Origin: a phage
Direction: 5' to 3' (one strand)
Sequence record: PX436236.1
DNA length: 64,000 nucleotides
A program made the translations under genes and the position numbers. The notes under the pieces were generated by a model, which saw only the letters and a list, made by a program, of their open reading frames with translations, did not search any database and had not been told where the DNA came from. Positions 1 through 9,641 of this stretch are shown here, in pieces. Position 1 is the stretch's first letter; every line of letters begins with the position of its first letter.

Positions 1-384
1 ATAGGCTTCTAAGAACGAACGAAGGTGACGTTGAGCTTCAGCAACACCAGCACGGTCGAATTCGTCGATAACAATTACCTTACGTTTACCTTCGATAGAT
101 TTGGAAGATGCAAAACGAGTAAGTTCATTACGAACGAAATCAATACGGCAGTCGGAACCGTTAACAAAAAGCATATCTGAATTTGTATCAGCACACAATG
201 CTTTAGCTACGGTAGTTTTACCTGTGCCTGGTGAAGCAGAGACTAGGATAATGTTAGGGATTAGACCCTTATTAACAATGGCTTGGAGGGTTTCTTTATC
301 ATGCGCCGGCAGAATACACTCAGATAAAGTACCTGGACGATATTTCTGTTCCCACATGAATTCGTTATTGTTTACTGTAAGCAT
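1..384 (-). CDS. 44: Clamp loader subunit gp44 (AAA+ ATPase), N-terminal part only; gene runs past the window start
   Basis: Minus-strand ORF from ATG at 384-382 (MLTVNNNEFMWEQKYRP...) with Walker A SPGTGKTT; no stop before position 1; matches T4 gp44 N-terminus from memory. Confidence 0.85.
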   Translation of the reverse strand, partial: MLTVNNNEFMWEQKYRPGTLSECILPAHDKETLQAIVNKGLIPNIILVSASPGTGKTTVAKALCADTNSDMLFVNGSDCRIDFVRNELTRFASSKSIEGKRKVIVIDEFDRAGVAEAQRHLRSFLEAY

Positions 385-421
385 ATTAATTTCCTCAGGT
401 TTGTTTTTACATTATACTCCA

Positions 422-440
422 AGGGAGGAATCTCCTCCCT
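422..440 (-). promoter_or_regulatory. Intercistronic stem-loop between gp45 stop and gp44 start
   Basis: Inverted repeat AGGGAGG-n5-CCTCCCT directly after the gp45 stop; no U-run, so more likely an RNA structure or translational element than a terminator. Confidence 0.3.
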
Positions 441-445
441 ATGCT

Positions 446-1144
446 TTAGAACGAGTGGCTTGAGCCTGCTTCCATAGCCAATACATAAGAAGCTTGTGAA
501 CCTTCAAACTTGGCTGCGAAACGAGCGTCCTGACCTTCACCACGAGCCCATAACAATACATGGTAATCGGCAGGCATCATTTTCATATTAGTTTTGTTGA
601 TAATGAATTTGAATTCAGGGCCATCATGGTCTGCAACCACTAAGGAATACAATGGACGGGCCAGGTCCTTATCATCAACTTGTTTGTAGCCATTGATTAC
701 AATTTTACCATTGTCTACAGTAATAGCAAATGTATCAATACTCAGTCCAGAGGACACACGCATCAACTGTTGGTAATCTTCGGCTTTAAGGTCAAAAATA
801 ACTTCAGCCACCGGGAACGGAATAGCTTTGCTTGGGAATGCAATTGTACTTGGGTCGGCAATAGGCCACTTAATAGTTGAACGTTGGTCTTTAATAATTA
901 GAGTGGTTTGGTCTTCACTTACCGAAACTTCAGCACTTTCAGATACCAATGACAGAATACTTAAGAAGCCGTTCAGGTCGTAGATTGCGGCTTCGATATC
1001 AAAGGTATCACTTACAGTAGCTTCACCATAACTTGCACCCGTTACTGAACGAGTTAGAATAGTGTTACCAGGCTTAAGCATGATACCTGGGTTAATACTG
1101 GAGAAGTTTTTCAGAATGTTCAGAGTTTCTTTAGAGAATTTCAT
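446..1144 (-). CDS. 45: Sliding clamp gp45
   Basis: 232-aa ORF MKFSKETLNILKNF...; T4 gp45-like sequence and length; sits upstream of gp44 as in T4. Confidence 0.9.
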   Translation of the reverse strand: MKFSKETLNILKNFSSINPGIMLKPGNTILTRSVTGASYGEATVSDTFDIEAAIYDLNGFLSILSLVSESAEVSVSEDQTTLIIKDQRSTIKWPIADPSTIAFPSKAIPFPVAEVIFDLKAEDYQQLMRVSSGLSIDTFAITVDNGKIVINGYKQVDDKDLARPLYSLVVADHDGPEFKFIINKTNMKMMPADYHVLLWARGEGQDARFAAKFEGSQASYVLAMEAGSSHSF

Positions 1145-1168
1145 AATGTTTCCTTATCAAGTCAAAAA

Positions 1169-1582
1169 TTAAGCAATAACGATCATTTGTTTACGAATGG
1201 ATTCAGGCAGAGATTCAATATACTCTGGAATCTGGGAAGCAACAATAGCACCGGCTTCAAGCAGTTGTTCGTCAAAATCTACGCAATAATCATCTTCAAG
1301 ACGTTCAGAACCATCACGGTCGATAACCAGTTTAGCACCTGCGGCCAATGAATCATTATAATGGCGACGCATAATTTCTACCCACTTATCAGATACGTCG
1401 TTATCAATGATACCGTAGAGCATGAACTTAGTTTCTTGTGGAAGAGACTGGAGACGACGTGCAGAGTCGGTATCAATATTCAGTACCCATGATTTACGGA
1501 TACGGTTTTGATTGTGTGGGTTGGAGTCAGTACGAATGGTTTTAACTTGGATATCTTTAACAGTAATAGCGTTAGCAAACAT
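1169..1582 (-). CDS. rpbA: RpbA-like small protein (assigned by position upstream of gene 45)
   Basis: ORF 1169-1624; likely start at 1582 (MFANAITVKD) preceded by GAGAGAAA; position matches T4 rpbA. Confidence 0.4.
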   Translation of the reverse strand: MFANAITVKDIQVKTIRTDSNPHNQNRIRKSWVLNIDTDSARRLQSLPQETKFMLYGIIDNDVSDKWVEIMRRHYNDSLAAGAKLVIDRDGSERLEDDYCVDFDEQLLEAGAIVASQIPEYIESLPESIRKQMIVIA

Positions 1583-1644
1583 AATATTTTCTCTCATTTG
1601 GTTGGTAGATGTATTATAAATCAATATTTTAAAGCACTTAACGT

Positions 1645-1836
1645 TTAATCAAAGTATTCATAAACGAACCAGGCAGGGTTCCTGTTCGACATGATTCTAT
1701 CATACTCTGACTTAAAAGCATTTCGGAGATAATCTTCAGTAACAAGATGTTCGTCTCCAGAGAAGTTATTAACTAAAACATACCGCTTTAGTTCAGGAAC
1801 GGCCAACAAATGCTGGCCTGTTATAAAATCACTCAT
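1645..1836 (-). CDS. Hypothetical small protein (45.2 position)
   Basis: 63-aa ORF abutting the gp46 stop. Confidence 0.4.
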   Translation of the reverse strand: MSDFITGQHLLAVPELKRYVLVNNFSGDEHLVTEDYLRNAFKSEYDRIMSNRNPAWFVYEYFD

Positions 1837-3515
1837 TCCATCACCGTGAATCGTCCAACTTTCTTCATTTGAAGATGTTGGCCATATGCTTGTGGGTCAT
1901 GGTCTCGGTGAGAGATAATGAACACGTTCGTATCTTCAAGGCTATTCAAGATGGTTGCAATGCTCTTAACACCCTCGGCGTCAGTAGCACTGTCAAAAAC
2001 TTCATCAAGAATTAATGTGCTGATATTAACACCGGATACCTTTGAAGCAATATCACGCCAGGTAAAAAGTAGTGCGATATCAATACGTGCTTTCTCACCC
2101 TGTGAAAATGAAGCATAACTAAAGTCTTCACGTCCACGTGATTTAATCGTCTCATTGAATTCTTCGTCTAGGGTAAAGACGTAGTCGGCTTCCATAATCT
2201 TCAAATAAGAATTTATCTGCTTATTAAAGATAGGAATGTATTTCTTAATAATGGAACCTTTAATACCGGTATCCTTCAACATTTCTGTCAGAATTCCACG
2301 ATGATATTTTTCCATTACTAAGGACGATTTGGTAGAGACGATTTTATCAAGCTCTGCTTGAAGCGCGGCAATCTCTTCGGCATTACTTACGAACTCAGCA
2401 GCTGCTTGGTCGATTAATACTTTAACTTTTTTAGCTTTCTCTACGGCAGTAATGGCTTGTTGCTTATGAGTAGCTATCTGAGATTTAATAGCCAGCGCTT
2501 TATTACGTTGTTCGGTTACTTGGTCCTTAATGAGCTTGAGTTCTTGGTACTGCTCATTAATCTTATCCAAAGATTTTTGAAGCTCAAAGTTCTTATCCTT
2601 AATTTTAGTAAGGATGTTTCCATGCTCTTCCAATCCTTGCATACACGTAGGACAGCTGCCGCCTGTTTCGTATAATTTCACGACCTTAGTAAAGGTTGCC
2701 ATATCATTCTTGATTGCAAATCCTTTATTGCTCAGGTCACTCATAGAGTTGCTAGGGTCATCATCGACGATGACATTGAGTAATTCATCAGTTAGTTTTT
2801 CTATATTGCCCTTCGCAGTCCTGGCTTCTTTAACTAGCTCGTCATACATTACTTGTAGACGTGCTGCGTTCTCGCCGGATAATTTACGCTGACGTTCTTC
2901 GTTGTCATTATAAATTTTAATCTGTTGGGTAATAGAATCCTGCTTAACGTCGATTACTTGGATTTGGCTATTAGTCTCGCGAATCAAAGATTTGTTCAAC
3001 TTATCCATATCCGCTAATACAGAAACCTCTAAGAGGTCTTCCACAAGCTTTCGGCGCGCAGGGGTCGACAAACCCATGAAAGGGGTATACCCTGCCGTGC
3101 CAAGAACGACAATCTGTTTGAAGCTTGCATAGGACATTCCGATAAGCTGTTCAAATTCTGCTTGGAAGTCTTTACTGCTGGCAGATTCATCAAGACGTTC
3201 ACCGCCACAAGAGATTTCAAAAATATTGGGTTTTTGCCCGCGCTTGATATAGTATTCTTTGCCATCATATTCCATCCACAGTTCGACCAAAAGGTCTTTC
3301 TTATTACTTGAGTTAATCAACTGCCCTTTCTTAACATCACGAAAAGGCTTACCGAACAGAGCAAATGTAACGGCTTCAAGGAACGTAGATTTCCCAGCAC
3401 CATTTTTACCGGTGACTAAGGTCTTTTGGACCTTGTCAAGTTGGATTGTAATAGGTTGCTGGCCTACCGACATAATATTTTTATACGTTACTTTCTTTAA
3501 CTTAAACGTTTTCAT
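1833..3515 (-). CDS. 46: Recombination nuclease subunit gp46 (Rad50/SbcC-like ATPase)
   Basis: 560-aa ORF, N-terminal Walker A GKNGAGKST, long coiled-coil middle, CxxC hook (CPTC), C-terminal signature region; same length as T4 gp46. Confidence 0.9.
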   Translation of the reverse strand: MKTFKLKKVTYKNIMSVGQQPITIQLDKVQKTLVTGKNGAGKSTFLEAVTFALFGKPFRDVKKGQLINSSNKKDLLVELWMEYDGKEYYIKRGQKPNIFEISCGGERLDESASSKDFQAEFEQLIGMSYASFKQIVVLGTAGYTPFMGLSTPARRKLVEDLLEVSVLADMDKLNKSLIRETNSQIQVIDVKQDSITQQIKIYNDNEERQRKLSGENAARLQVMYDELVKEARTAKGNIEKLTDELLNVIVDDDPSNSMSDLSNKGFAIKNDMATFTKVVKLYETGGSCPTCMQGLEEHGNILTKIKDKNFELQKSLDKINEQYQELKLIKDQVTEQRNKALAIKSQIATHKQQAITAVEKAKKVKVLIDQAAAEFVSNAEEIAALQAELDKIVSTKSSLVMEKYHRGILTEMLKDTGIKGSIIKKYIPIFNKQINSYLKIMEADYVFTLDEEFNETIKSRGREDFSYASFSQGEKARIDIALLFTWRDIASKVSGVNISTLILDEVFDSATDAEGVKSIATILNSLEDTNVFIISHRDHDPQAYGQHLQMKKVGRFTVME

Positions 3516-3736
3516 GTATTGTTCTCACGAATTGTTTGTTCAGCATATTCTAGCATTTCTTCGGAAGAAGCAAACACGTCGTCAAGTTCCATGGCCCATG
3601 AAACACCTTCAGAATATCCAGAAGTGACATACATAGTTCCGGTATACCAAGAACCATCCACGTCCCATTCTACATTACCGAACCAGCCATCGCCAATATG
3701 AAAATCATGTTTATACATTTTCGTCATTATAAGCAT
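3512..3736 (-). CDS. Hypothetical small protein (46.1 position)
   Basis: 74-aa ORF tightly packed between gp47 and gp46. Confidence 0.4.
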   Translation of the reverse strand: MLIMTKMYKHDFHIGDGWFGNVEWDVDGSWYTGTMYVTSGYSEGVSWAMELDDVFASSEEMLEYAEQTIRENNT

Positions 3737-3974
3737 CCTTGATGCATGATTCAGCCATATGAATTAATGTTTCTGGAGTATCATCTACCATTACATTAAA
3801 GCTAAATTCCACAGCCCAATCAGTAGCAACATAAACTTTAATAAGCTCGTTGGTATCGCGAGTGCTCACGGCTTCAAACCAGAACTTAATGATATTCGTT
3901 TGGTTATCGTCATCAATAACTGTGCAGTCATGCTCCAGTTCAAGTCCTGATTTTTTGAATTCATCTAAAGTCAT
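3711..3974 (-). CDS. Hypothetical small protein (46.2 position)
   Basis: 87-aa ORF overlapping neighbours by a few nt. Confidence 0.4.
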   Translation of the reverse strand: MTLDEFKKSGLELEHDCTVIDDDNQTNIIKFWFEAVSTRDTNELIKVYVATDWAVEFSFNVMVDDTPETLIHMAESCIKDAYNDENV

Positions 3975-4993
3975 CGTGTAACCTCATTATAAAGTTGTGC
4001 GGCCATAGTCTTAAGGGCTTTAACATCGTCTTCAGTGTGGCCATCAGGGAGGGCATCGATATAATCATACATCATATCCAAGAGGGACTTAACTTCATCT
4101 TCCTCTTCAGAATCATCGATATCAACACTGTTATCTACCTTAGACACAATACGCAAAGAGTGGACAACCTTTTCAAGCTCTGATTCGAACTTGGTAAGGC
4201 CGTCATCGATTTTATCGACTATAACACGAACTGCGATATTTGTAAAATCTTTGTAATCGATAGTCGCGTTTGGATAATGAATCTTACGGTGCCAACAGGT
4301 TTCATTGATGATGAAATCCATTTTATGGGTTTCTGTATCGAAAATCCAGAAGCCACGAGGGTCGTTCTCATCACCTGCAGTCAGGGTCCATGGCGTACCA
4401 ATATACTTGACGTTTGCTGCATCAGAAATGGTGTGGAAGTGACCAGACCATACTTGCTTATACTTCTTAAGGAAATCAGGTTCTAAACCATGTGATTTCA
4501 TTCCTTTATAGAAATAGAAACCATTTAATTCCCAGTGGCCAATACAGAAATCGGCAGTAGTATTTTTGATATGGTCCATGATATCGGTCGTGTTTTCTTC
4601 ACACATCCATGGAATCAAATCAATTTCTGTACCATCAAAATTAACCGTAGTAGGTTTCTCAATAACCTTGATATGGTCGTATTTACCCAGAACTTCAGAA
4701 GCAGCGTTCGGAGTCAATGTGTTTTTGTAGTGCATATCATGGTTACCAACGACCGTATACATGGTAATGCCGTTGGCTTTAAGCAAATCGGAGATTTCGC
4801 GAGCGAATTCCATACACTTATGGGTAATTGCTTTACGAACGTCAAAGATATCACCGTATTGAATCCATACAGTAATGCCATTTGCTTTAGAATAATTAAT
4901 AGCGTCTTGGATACCTTGACGTTGGATATTTTGTACCCACACATCATCGGCCTTCACTCCAAGGTGCCAGTCACCTGTGTTTAATATTTTCAT
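3971..4993 (-). CDS. 47: Recombination nuclease subunit gp47 (Mre11/SbcD-like phosphoesterase)
   Basis: Start MKILNTGDWHLG (metallophosphatase motif I), GDIFD and GNHD motifs; 340 aa from the internal Met at 4993, versus 349 aa for the longest ORF. Confidence 0.9.
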   Translation of the reverse strand: MKILNTGDWHLGVKADDVWVQNIQRQGIQDAINYSKANGITVWIQYGDIFDVRKAITHKCMEFAREISDLLKANGITMYTVVGNHDMHYKNTLTPNAASEVLGKYDHIKVIEKPTTVNFDGTEIDLIPWMCEENTTDIMDHIKNTTADFCIGHWELNGFYFYKGMKSHGLEPDFLKKYKQVWSGHFHTISDAANVKYIGTPWTLTAGDENDPRGFWIFDTETHKMDFIINETCWHRKIHYPNATIDYKDFTNIAVRVIVDKIDDGLTKFESELEKVVHSLRIVSKVDNSVDIDDSEEEDEVKSLLDMMYDYIDALPDGHTEDDVKALKTMAAQLYNEVTR

Positions 4994-5133
4994 AAGCCAA
5001 GCGCCGTTATTGCAATGCAAAATAAAATTATTGAAATGAACCCGTCAGGAGTGGAAAAGAATCCTATCCAACAAGCTCGTGTGAATGTGTAGAATGCCAT
5101 GAATAACACGACATATCCTAAAAGTAGTTCCAT
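4990..5133 (-). CDS. Small hydrophobic protein (47 aa), translationally coupled to gp47
   Basis: MELLLGYVVLFMAFYTFTRACWIGFFSTPDGFISIILFCIAITALGL; GAGGAG RBS; its TGA overlaps the gp47 ATG (ATGA); below the ORF-track size cutoff. Confidence 0.3.
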   Translation of the reverse strand: MELLLGYVVLFMAFYTFTRACWIGFFSTPDGFISIILFCIAITALGL

Positions 5134-5176
5134 ATGTTCTCCTCAGTTGGTTCATTTTATCATCCAAATATAAAGC

Positions 5177-5196
5177 AAAAAAGGAGCCTAAGCTCC
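5177..5196 (-). terminator. Hairpin terminator (GGAGC-ctaa-GCTCC plus U-run on the minus-strand transcript)
   Basis: Inverted repeat followed by a T-run on the minus strand. Confidence 0.45.
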
Positions 5197-5361
5197 TTTA
5201 CCAACTAATACACCGTACAGAGGTTCGTGATTAGACCTGAACTTGATAGGCTTATAGGTAATAGTACCTTCATTTTCTGCTTTAATACGAGCGGCTTCAA
5301 ATTTAAGTATCATCTCATTTTTGTCAGATTTAATCTTATCAAAATCCATCGAATTCGTCAT
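5188..5361 (-). CDS. Small hypothetical protein (57 aa)
   Basis: MTNSMDFDKIKSDKNEMILKF...; AAGAGG RBS 8 nt upstream; stop lies inside the terminator hairpin; below the ORF-track cutoff. Confidence 0.2.
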   Translation of the reverse strand: MTNSMDFDKIKSDKNEMILKFEAARIKAENEGTITYKPIKFRSNHEPLYGVLVGKGA

Positions 5362-5419
5362 TCATACAACCTCTTAAACTTTTTCGTATTCGTCTTTCAT
5401 TAGCCGCCTGTCCACGTTA

Positions 5420-5620
5420 TCATCGTTGCCACCATTTCTTAAGTTGATGAGAATCTACCCAAACCTTGGCTACGGGCTCAATCCGAAAAATTCCATCGGA
5501 ATACTGGCCGACCATTTTATATTCGGTTTCGGACTGCTTAATACAGATATTACCGTATGAGCGAAGTCTAAAGGCGGCTCCAATAAGAAGCCGTTTAAAG
5601 GGTTTATTTACTAGGGCCAT
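5420..5620 (-). CDS. Hypothetical basic small protein
   Basis: 66-aa ORF in the gap between annotated neighbours. Confidence 0.25.
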   Translation of the reverse strand: MALVNKPFKRLLIGAAFRLRSYGNICIKQSETEYKMVGQYSDGIFRIEPVAKVWVDSHQLKKWWQR

Positions 5621-5915
5621 TGACGATTTCCCAAATTTGTTTGCGGGTAGATTCCCACATCAATTGAACAAGTTCATCAGTAACAGGTTGACGGTAAATA
5701 CCACGTAATTTAATTAAAGCGTACTTATATGCTTCAAAGTTGTTTTCAAGTACAGCGCCTTGGGCATGGAGATTTAAACGACGGATTTCACGAGCATTCT
5801 TCTTAAGAATCTTAGCCGCTTGAGAATTAGCTTCTTTAATATTGTGCTCTTCTAAACGTTGCTGGGCTTCTTCAATTTGCTCATCAGTCAATTGAGAAAT
5901 GTCATGGCTTTGCAT
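5604..5915 (-). CDS. Hypothetical protein
   Basis: 103-aa ORF downstream of gp55. Confidence 0.4.
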   Translation of the reverse strand: MQSHDISQLTDEQIEEAQQRLEEHNIKEANSQAAKILKKNAREIRRLNLHAQGAVLENNFEAYKYALIKLRGIYRQPVTDELVQLMWESTRKQIWEIVNGPSK

Positions 5916-5916
5916 A

Positions 5917-6147
5917 TTAATCCTTTGGAGTCAATTCAATAGTGAAGTAGAAATTAGCGTTCTCAACATGATAACGGTAATCTACGTTATTGTCAGGAGA
6001 AGTGAATTCAATATTCCTGACGTTAAGTGGGTCAATATCAATAGGAAGACCTTTAACATCCCGTAATATCAATTTAATAAAATAAGGGAGTGCTTCGAAG
6101 TCTTCCATTCCATCTAAAAGTGGAGTGATATTAATCTGATGTTCCAT
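5917..6147 (-). CDS. Hypothetical protein
   Basis: ORF 5917-6183; the internal Met at 6147 is the likelier start because 6183 would overlap gp55 by 53 nt. Confidence 0.3.
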   Translation of the reverse strand: MEHQINITPLLDGMEDFEALPYFIKLILRDVKGLPIDIDPLNVRNIEFTSPDNNVDYRYHVENANFYFTIELTPKD

Positions 6148-6688
6148 ATAAAAAATCCAGTTCACCAACTTTAGGTTGGGCACTCTTATCAGACCCTGGT
6201 GCTTTAGTTAAAGAGGTTTCATACTGAGTCATTTTGTCGTAGATATCTTGGATAAAGGTTTCATCTGCAATACCTACCATGTCGTCATCATTACTGTCAT
6301 AGACATTATGGACGAAGTAGCTATATTTCTTTGCCATTTCTTTACGTTCTTTTTTGATACGCTGAACGAAGGCATTAAAACAAGCCATAGTGATATATGC
6401 ATGTGGGTTGTCGTATTTTGTTTCGTCGAAGTTGTGAAGACCTTTAATCGAAGCTTCGATTCCATCAGCAATCATTTCTTGCTTCCAAGATTGGGTATAT
6501 CCTGAGAAGTTGAAACGTTTACTTAGTCCTTCAGCAATGAGCATAATAGCCAAGCCGATAACGTCGTTCTGGCGAACTATTTTATTAGGATCGGTATTTT
6601 CTCTGAGTTCTGTTTTCCATTGGGTGATAGCTTTCAGAAGCTCCTTATTATTTACATAGTTATTTTTAGTCAGTTTAATTTCGGTCAT
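6131..6688 (-). CDS. 55: Late-transcription sigma factor gp55
   Basis: 185-aa ORF with ...NYVNNKELL...[52 protein letters not shown]...; T4 gp55-like. Confidence 0.9.
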   Translation of the reverse strand: MTEIKLTKNNYVNNKELLKAITQWKTELRENTDPNKIVRQNDVIGLAIMLIAEGLSKRFNFSGYTQSWKQEMIADGIEASIKGLHNFDETKYDNPHAYITMACFNAFVQRIKKERKEMAKKYSYFVHNVYDSNDDDMVGIADETFIQDIYDKMTQYETSLTKAPGSDKSAQPKVGELDFLYGTSD

Positions 6689-6754
6689 TGTTACCTCAGA
6701 TAACTCAAATCATAGGTCTATTATATCATAGTATTTGAAGACCCTTTTAAAGCA

Positions 6755-7018
6755 TCAACGGAGTAAGCAATAAGCCTGAAATACGGTTTCAAGGATTTGT
6801 GTGAACTCGGAATAAGAAATTGTATCAGTACATCCATGTTCAGACATATATCCACAAAATTCTTTAAAAAGACCTGGATATTCGCGATGGTTGTATTTGG
6901 AAATATGAGACTTCCATACTAAAGAAGTCTCACCACAAACAAACTCAACATCCATACAGTTATCTATTAAGAAAAATCCGAGACCTTCGTAGGCGAGGGT
7001 GGTGGATATGGGTTTCAT
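6755..7018 (-). CDS. Hypothetical protein
   Basis: 87-aa ORF. Confidence 0.35.
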   Translation of the reverse strand: MKPISTTLAYEGLGFFLIDNCMDVEFVCGETSLVWKSHISKYNHREYPGLFKEFCGYMSEHGCTDTISYSEFTQILETVFQAYCLLR

Positions 7019-7281
7019 TGTAGGAATCGAGCTCCTTCCAATGCGTCATCTAGGTTATCGAACTCGTCGACGTAATCAACACCGCCAACCTCATCTTTTG
7101 CATACAGCCAATACTGTTTAAATTCGTATTCGATGATAAAGTGGTCACCCTCAATCTGGAGAGTCCCATCACCATTAAATTGAACTGCATAACCTGTAAA
7201 GCGGACATCATTCAAGAGTTCTTCTTTCATAGCAATCATTTCCAAGTTTTTATCGTAATTAGAGAGTTTTATTTTAATCAT
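7015..7281 (-). CDS. Hypothetical acidic protein
   Basis: 88-aa ORF, 4-nt overlap with neighbour. Confidence 0.35.
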   Translation of the reverse strand: MIKIKLSNYDKNLEMIAMKEELLNDVRFTGYAVQFNGDGTLQIEGDHFIIEYEFKQYWLYAKDEVGGVDYVDEFDNLDDALEGARFLQ

Positions 7282-7522
7282 TCAAATAATCCTCAAATTC
7301 ATTTAATGTCATGCCTTCATCCCAAGCTATTTTTGGGTCAGGCATTTTCATATAAGTGGTTTTAGAGCTTATAGGAAATATCCTGAAATCACGATGACTT
7401 CCACTTAGCATCTTAGCCGCTTTTATAATAGTTTCAATATTATTCATCATGGGTGTACGTTGGAACCCGGCTAAAGCTTTAAGGACTATTATAACCGATA
7501 CACCCTCAGGCAAATTATTCAT
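7274..7522 (-). CDS. Hypothetical protein
   Basis: 82-aa ORF. Confidence 0.35.
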   Translation of the reverse strand: MNNLPEGVSVIIVLKALAGFQRTPMMNNIETIIKAAKMLSGSHRDFRIFPISSKTTYMKMPDPKIAWDEGMTLNEFEDYLND

Positions 7523-7848
7523 TTAGCTGCCTTAACAATTTTCAGGTCGACGAATTTTTTCTTACGTTGGTTTTTCATACGACGGATAGTTTTATCCGTG
7601 ATTTCACCAGGGCACCAAGCTTTAGATTCTACACCAAAGGCAGCGACATCGAATTCATCGAGGATATATTGAACCAGGATTTCACGAATACCGTTCTTAC
7701 CAATTTTCTGGTCTTTAGAGTGCATGATAGGTAACAGTTCAGCAACCCATTGGTCAAGAACCTGAGGAGTTACAAAACCTGTTTTCATCAGTTCGTTTAC
7801 TTTATCGAAAGCGAAAGAGTTCAGTACGTTTTTAATAGCTTGTGACAT
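7519..7848 (-). CDS. Hypothetical protein (starts MSQAIKNV)
   Basis: Start at 7848 preceded by GAGGAAATTATT; the longer ORF to 8010 would run through an early promoter at about 7860-7900. Confidence 0.4.
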   Translation of the reverse strand: MSQAIKNVLNSFAFDKVNELMKTGFVTPQVLDQWVAELLPIMHSKDQKIGKNGIREILVQYILDEFDVAAFGVESKAWCPGEITDKTIRRMKNQRKKKFVDLKIVKAAK

Positions 7849-7916
7849 AATAATTTCCTCAGTTTTAAAGTTATAATCCGTAGGACCATTATACTCTGGT
7901 CCCAAGAGTTTGTAAA

Positions 7917-8165
7917 CTATTTTTGACTCATTGCACCTTTCCAGCCTTCGTACATAGATGCAGCTGAAATTAATAAAGCGCCTGAACAACTTGAATATTT
8001 GTGGTTCCAAAACCAGTTCAGAAAAACTTCGTCATCAATACCTTGGGCTATCATATTTTCAAAGAACTGACGACGAGCTTCAGCAATTCGCTGTGATAAT
8101 TTAGATTCAGGATTCATTTTAAATTTTCCAGTTTCCGTGTTTATCAATGAATTTAATCCAGTCAT
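7917..8165 (-). CDS. Hypothetical protein
   Basis: 82-aa ORF; true start may be the internal Met at 8117. Confidence 0.3.
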   Translation of the reverse strand: MTGLNSLINTETGKFKMNPESKLSQRIAEARRQFFENMIAQGIDDEVFLNWFWNHKYSSCSGALLISAASMYEGWKGAMSQK

Positions 8166-8257
8166 TTACTGACCACGTGGTTGTATCGCCCTTTGGACTA
8201 ACATTTAAAGTGTATAGTCCTTGCTTAAAAAGCATTCGTTTGATATTCATATTTTCC

Positions 8258-8551
8258 TCAGCTATAACGATAACATTCGTTTGATTTACGTTTTGCAACT
8301 CGATGAGAAGTATTGTAATCAGGTTCATCGTCATTGTAAACATCTTTTTTCAGCTTTCTCACTTCTTTACGAAGCTGGCGGTTCATTTCGTTCTTAACTT
8401 CAGAATCAACACCGCGCATACGTTTCCACTTGTCAGAACGGAAGATATTTTCTTCAACCAGTTCCTGACTTACGCCGTCCGGTGCTTTACGACGTCCGGA
8501 ATAATAAAAATCTTTTACAGACAATTCTTTACGACGAATAGTTTTACCCAT
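8258..8551 (-). CDS. Hypothetical basic protein
   Basis: 97-aa ORF rich in K/R. Confidence 0.35.
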   Translation of the reverse strand: MGKTIRRKELSVKDFYYSGRRKAPDGVSQELVEENIFRSDKWKRMRGVDSEVKNEMNRQLRKEVRKLKKDVYNDDEPDYNTSHRVAKRKSNECYRYS

Positions 8552-8553
8552 AG

Positions 8554-8808
8554 TTACCTCAGCAGTTTGTATCCAATAAGATTTTTAATGTATTGGACAT
8601 CTTTGACATCCAAATCTAACTTAATATCTTTCAGGCGTTCGGTCAGAGTAAGAAATGATACACGTTTCCAATTCTTAACAGGACAGCAATAAGTTTTCGG
8701 GCCGTTGGCGATTTCAATATTCTTATCAGTGACGGTGAGAAAAATCAGGCGCTCATCATCCAGATTAAGGGTGACGACATTTTTCATTGAATGTAATTTC
8801 AGGCTCAT
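8554..8808 (-). CDS. Hypothetical protein
   Basis: 84-aa ORF. Confidence 0.35.
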   Translation of the reverse strand: MSLKLHSMKNVVTLNLDDERLIFLTVTDKNIEIANGPKTYCCPVKNWKRVSFLTLTERLKDIKLDLDVKDVQYIKNLIGYKLLR

Positions 8809-8987
8809 GATTTAATTTCCTTAGCTACTGAACAAAATAAAGAACGGTCACACACCATCAATGGAGCATCAGGGTGAGTCAAAGGTTGATACCATACATC
8901 GAGATTTGTTACCTTTGTTACTTGAACAGGGTAGCCATTTACTGAATAATACTGGTCGGCTTTAATTTCTTTATCTTGGATAGTCAT
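8805..8987 (-). CDS. Hypothetical protein
   Basis: 60-aa ORF with GAGGAG RBS; degenerate PeSL-like promoter just upstream (about 9005-9045). Confidence 0.35.
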   Translation of the reverse strand: MTIQDKEIKADQYYSVNGYPVQVTKVTNLDVWYQPLTHPDAPLMVCDRSLFCSVAKEIKS

Positions 8988-9046
8988 AATGTTCTCCTCA
9001 TGTGTTGATAGGATAGACTATAACACGTGAGGAGAGGAAGTAAATA

Positions 9047-9364
9047 CTAATCTTCAATTAAATCTTGGTCATAACCAAGTTCAATCAAAAGCGATTTGAA
9101 GGCAGGAATATTTTCTATTTTCTTATTATCGACAAATATGACAGGATAGCGTATCGCTAAGCTCTTGAAGCCTGCACGTTTGGCCAATGATACTATAAGA
9201 GGCTTGTCGTATACTGCGCCTGACGGCGTCTGGTTAATCACAGGATAGAAAGTATGTGGGATAGAAAGGGAATTTAGGAGCGATAGAACAGCAATGCACC
9301 CTGGACAGCGCATGACTGTCTCAGGGATACCGTAAATCTCAATTTTAGTTAACTTTTGGTCCAC
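9047..9364 (-). CDS. Thioredoxin/glutaredoxin-fold redox protein (CxxC), NrdH-like by position
   Basis: 105-aa ORF with a CPGC motif near the N-terminus. Confidence 0.45.
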   Translation of the reverse strand: MDQKLTKIEIYGIPETVMRCPGCIAVLSLLNSLSIPHTFYPVINQTPSGAVYDKPLIVSLAKRAGFKSLAIRYPVIFVDNKKIENIPAFKSLLIELGYDQDLIED

Positions 9365-9641
9365 AGGAAATAACTCCTTGGTAGTCCCAGGTTTTTAGAA
9401 CTTCGTCATCAACAGTTTCATAAGGAACATAAATCTGTACAAGGAACCCGGTATCATCAAAAGAGAAATAGACAGTAGGTTTAATACCATGAATCTCTGA
9501 TAAAGCGTAGATGTCCTTGAGGTCTTCTTCCTTACCTTTAAAGAATTCCGGGTTCAGGTCACAGTCATGGAAGTACCAATCATCACCAAACTTGTCCCAA
9601 GCGGTCCAATTCAAAGCTACATATTCTTCAAAACGTTTCAT
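9345..9641 (-). CDS. Hypothetical protein
   Basis: 98-aa ORF. Confidence 0.35.
   Translation of the reverse strand: MKRFEEYVALNWTAWDKFGDDWYFHDCDLNPEFFKGKEEDLKDIYALSEIHGIKPTVYFSFDDTGFLVQIYVPYETVDDEVLKTWDYQGVISCGPKVN

Noticed and set aside
101-463. Plus-strand 120-aa ORF
   Set aside because: Lies antisense to the well-supported gp44 coding sequence and the gp45-gp44 spacer; no RBS; composition typical of a shadow ORF.
4535-4984. Plus-strand 149-aa ORF, and similar plus-strand ORFs across 1-44000 (for example 8303-8692, 28308-28661, 31227-31817, 32865-33248)
   Set aside because: All are embedded antisense within recognisable minus-strand genes, lack SD sequences, and the gene block is uniformly minus-strand.
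5917-6183. Full-length 88-aa form of the ORF overlapping the gp55 stop
   Set aside because: It would overlap gp55 by 53 nt; the internal Met at 6147 is preferred, although neither start has a strong SD.
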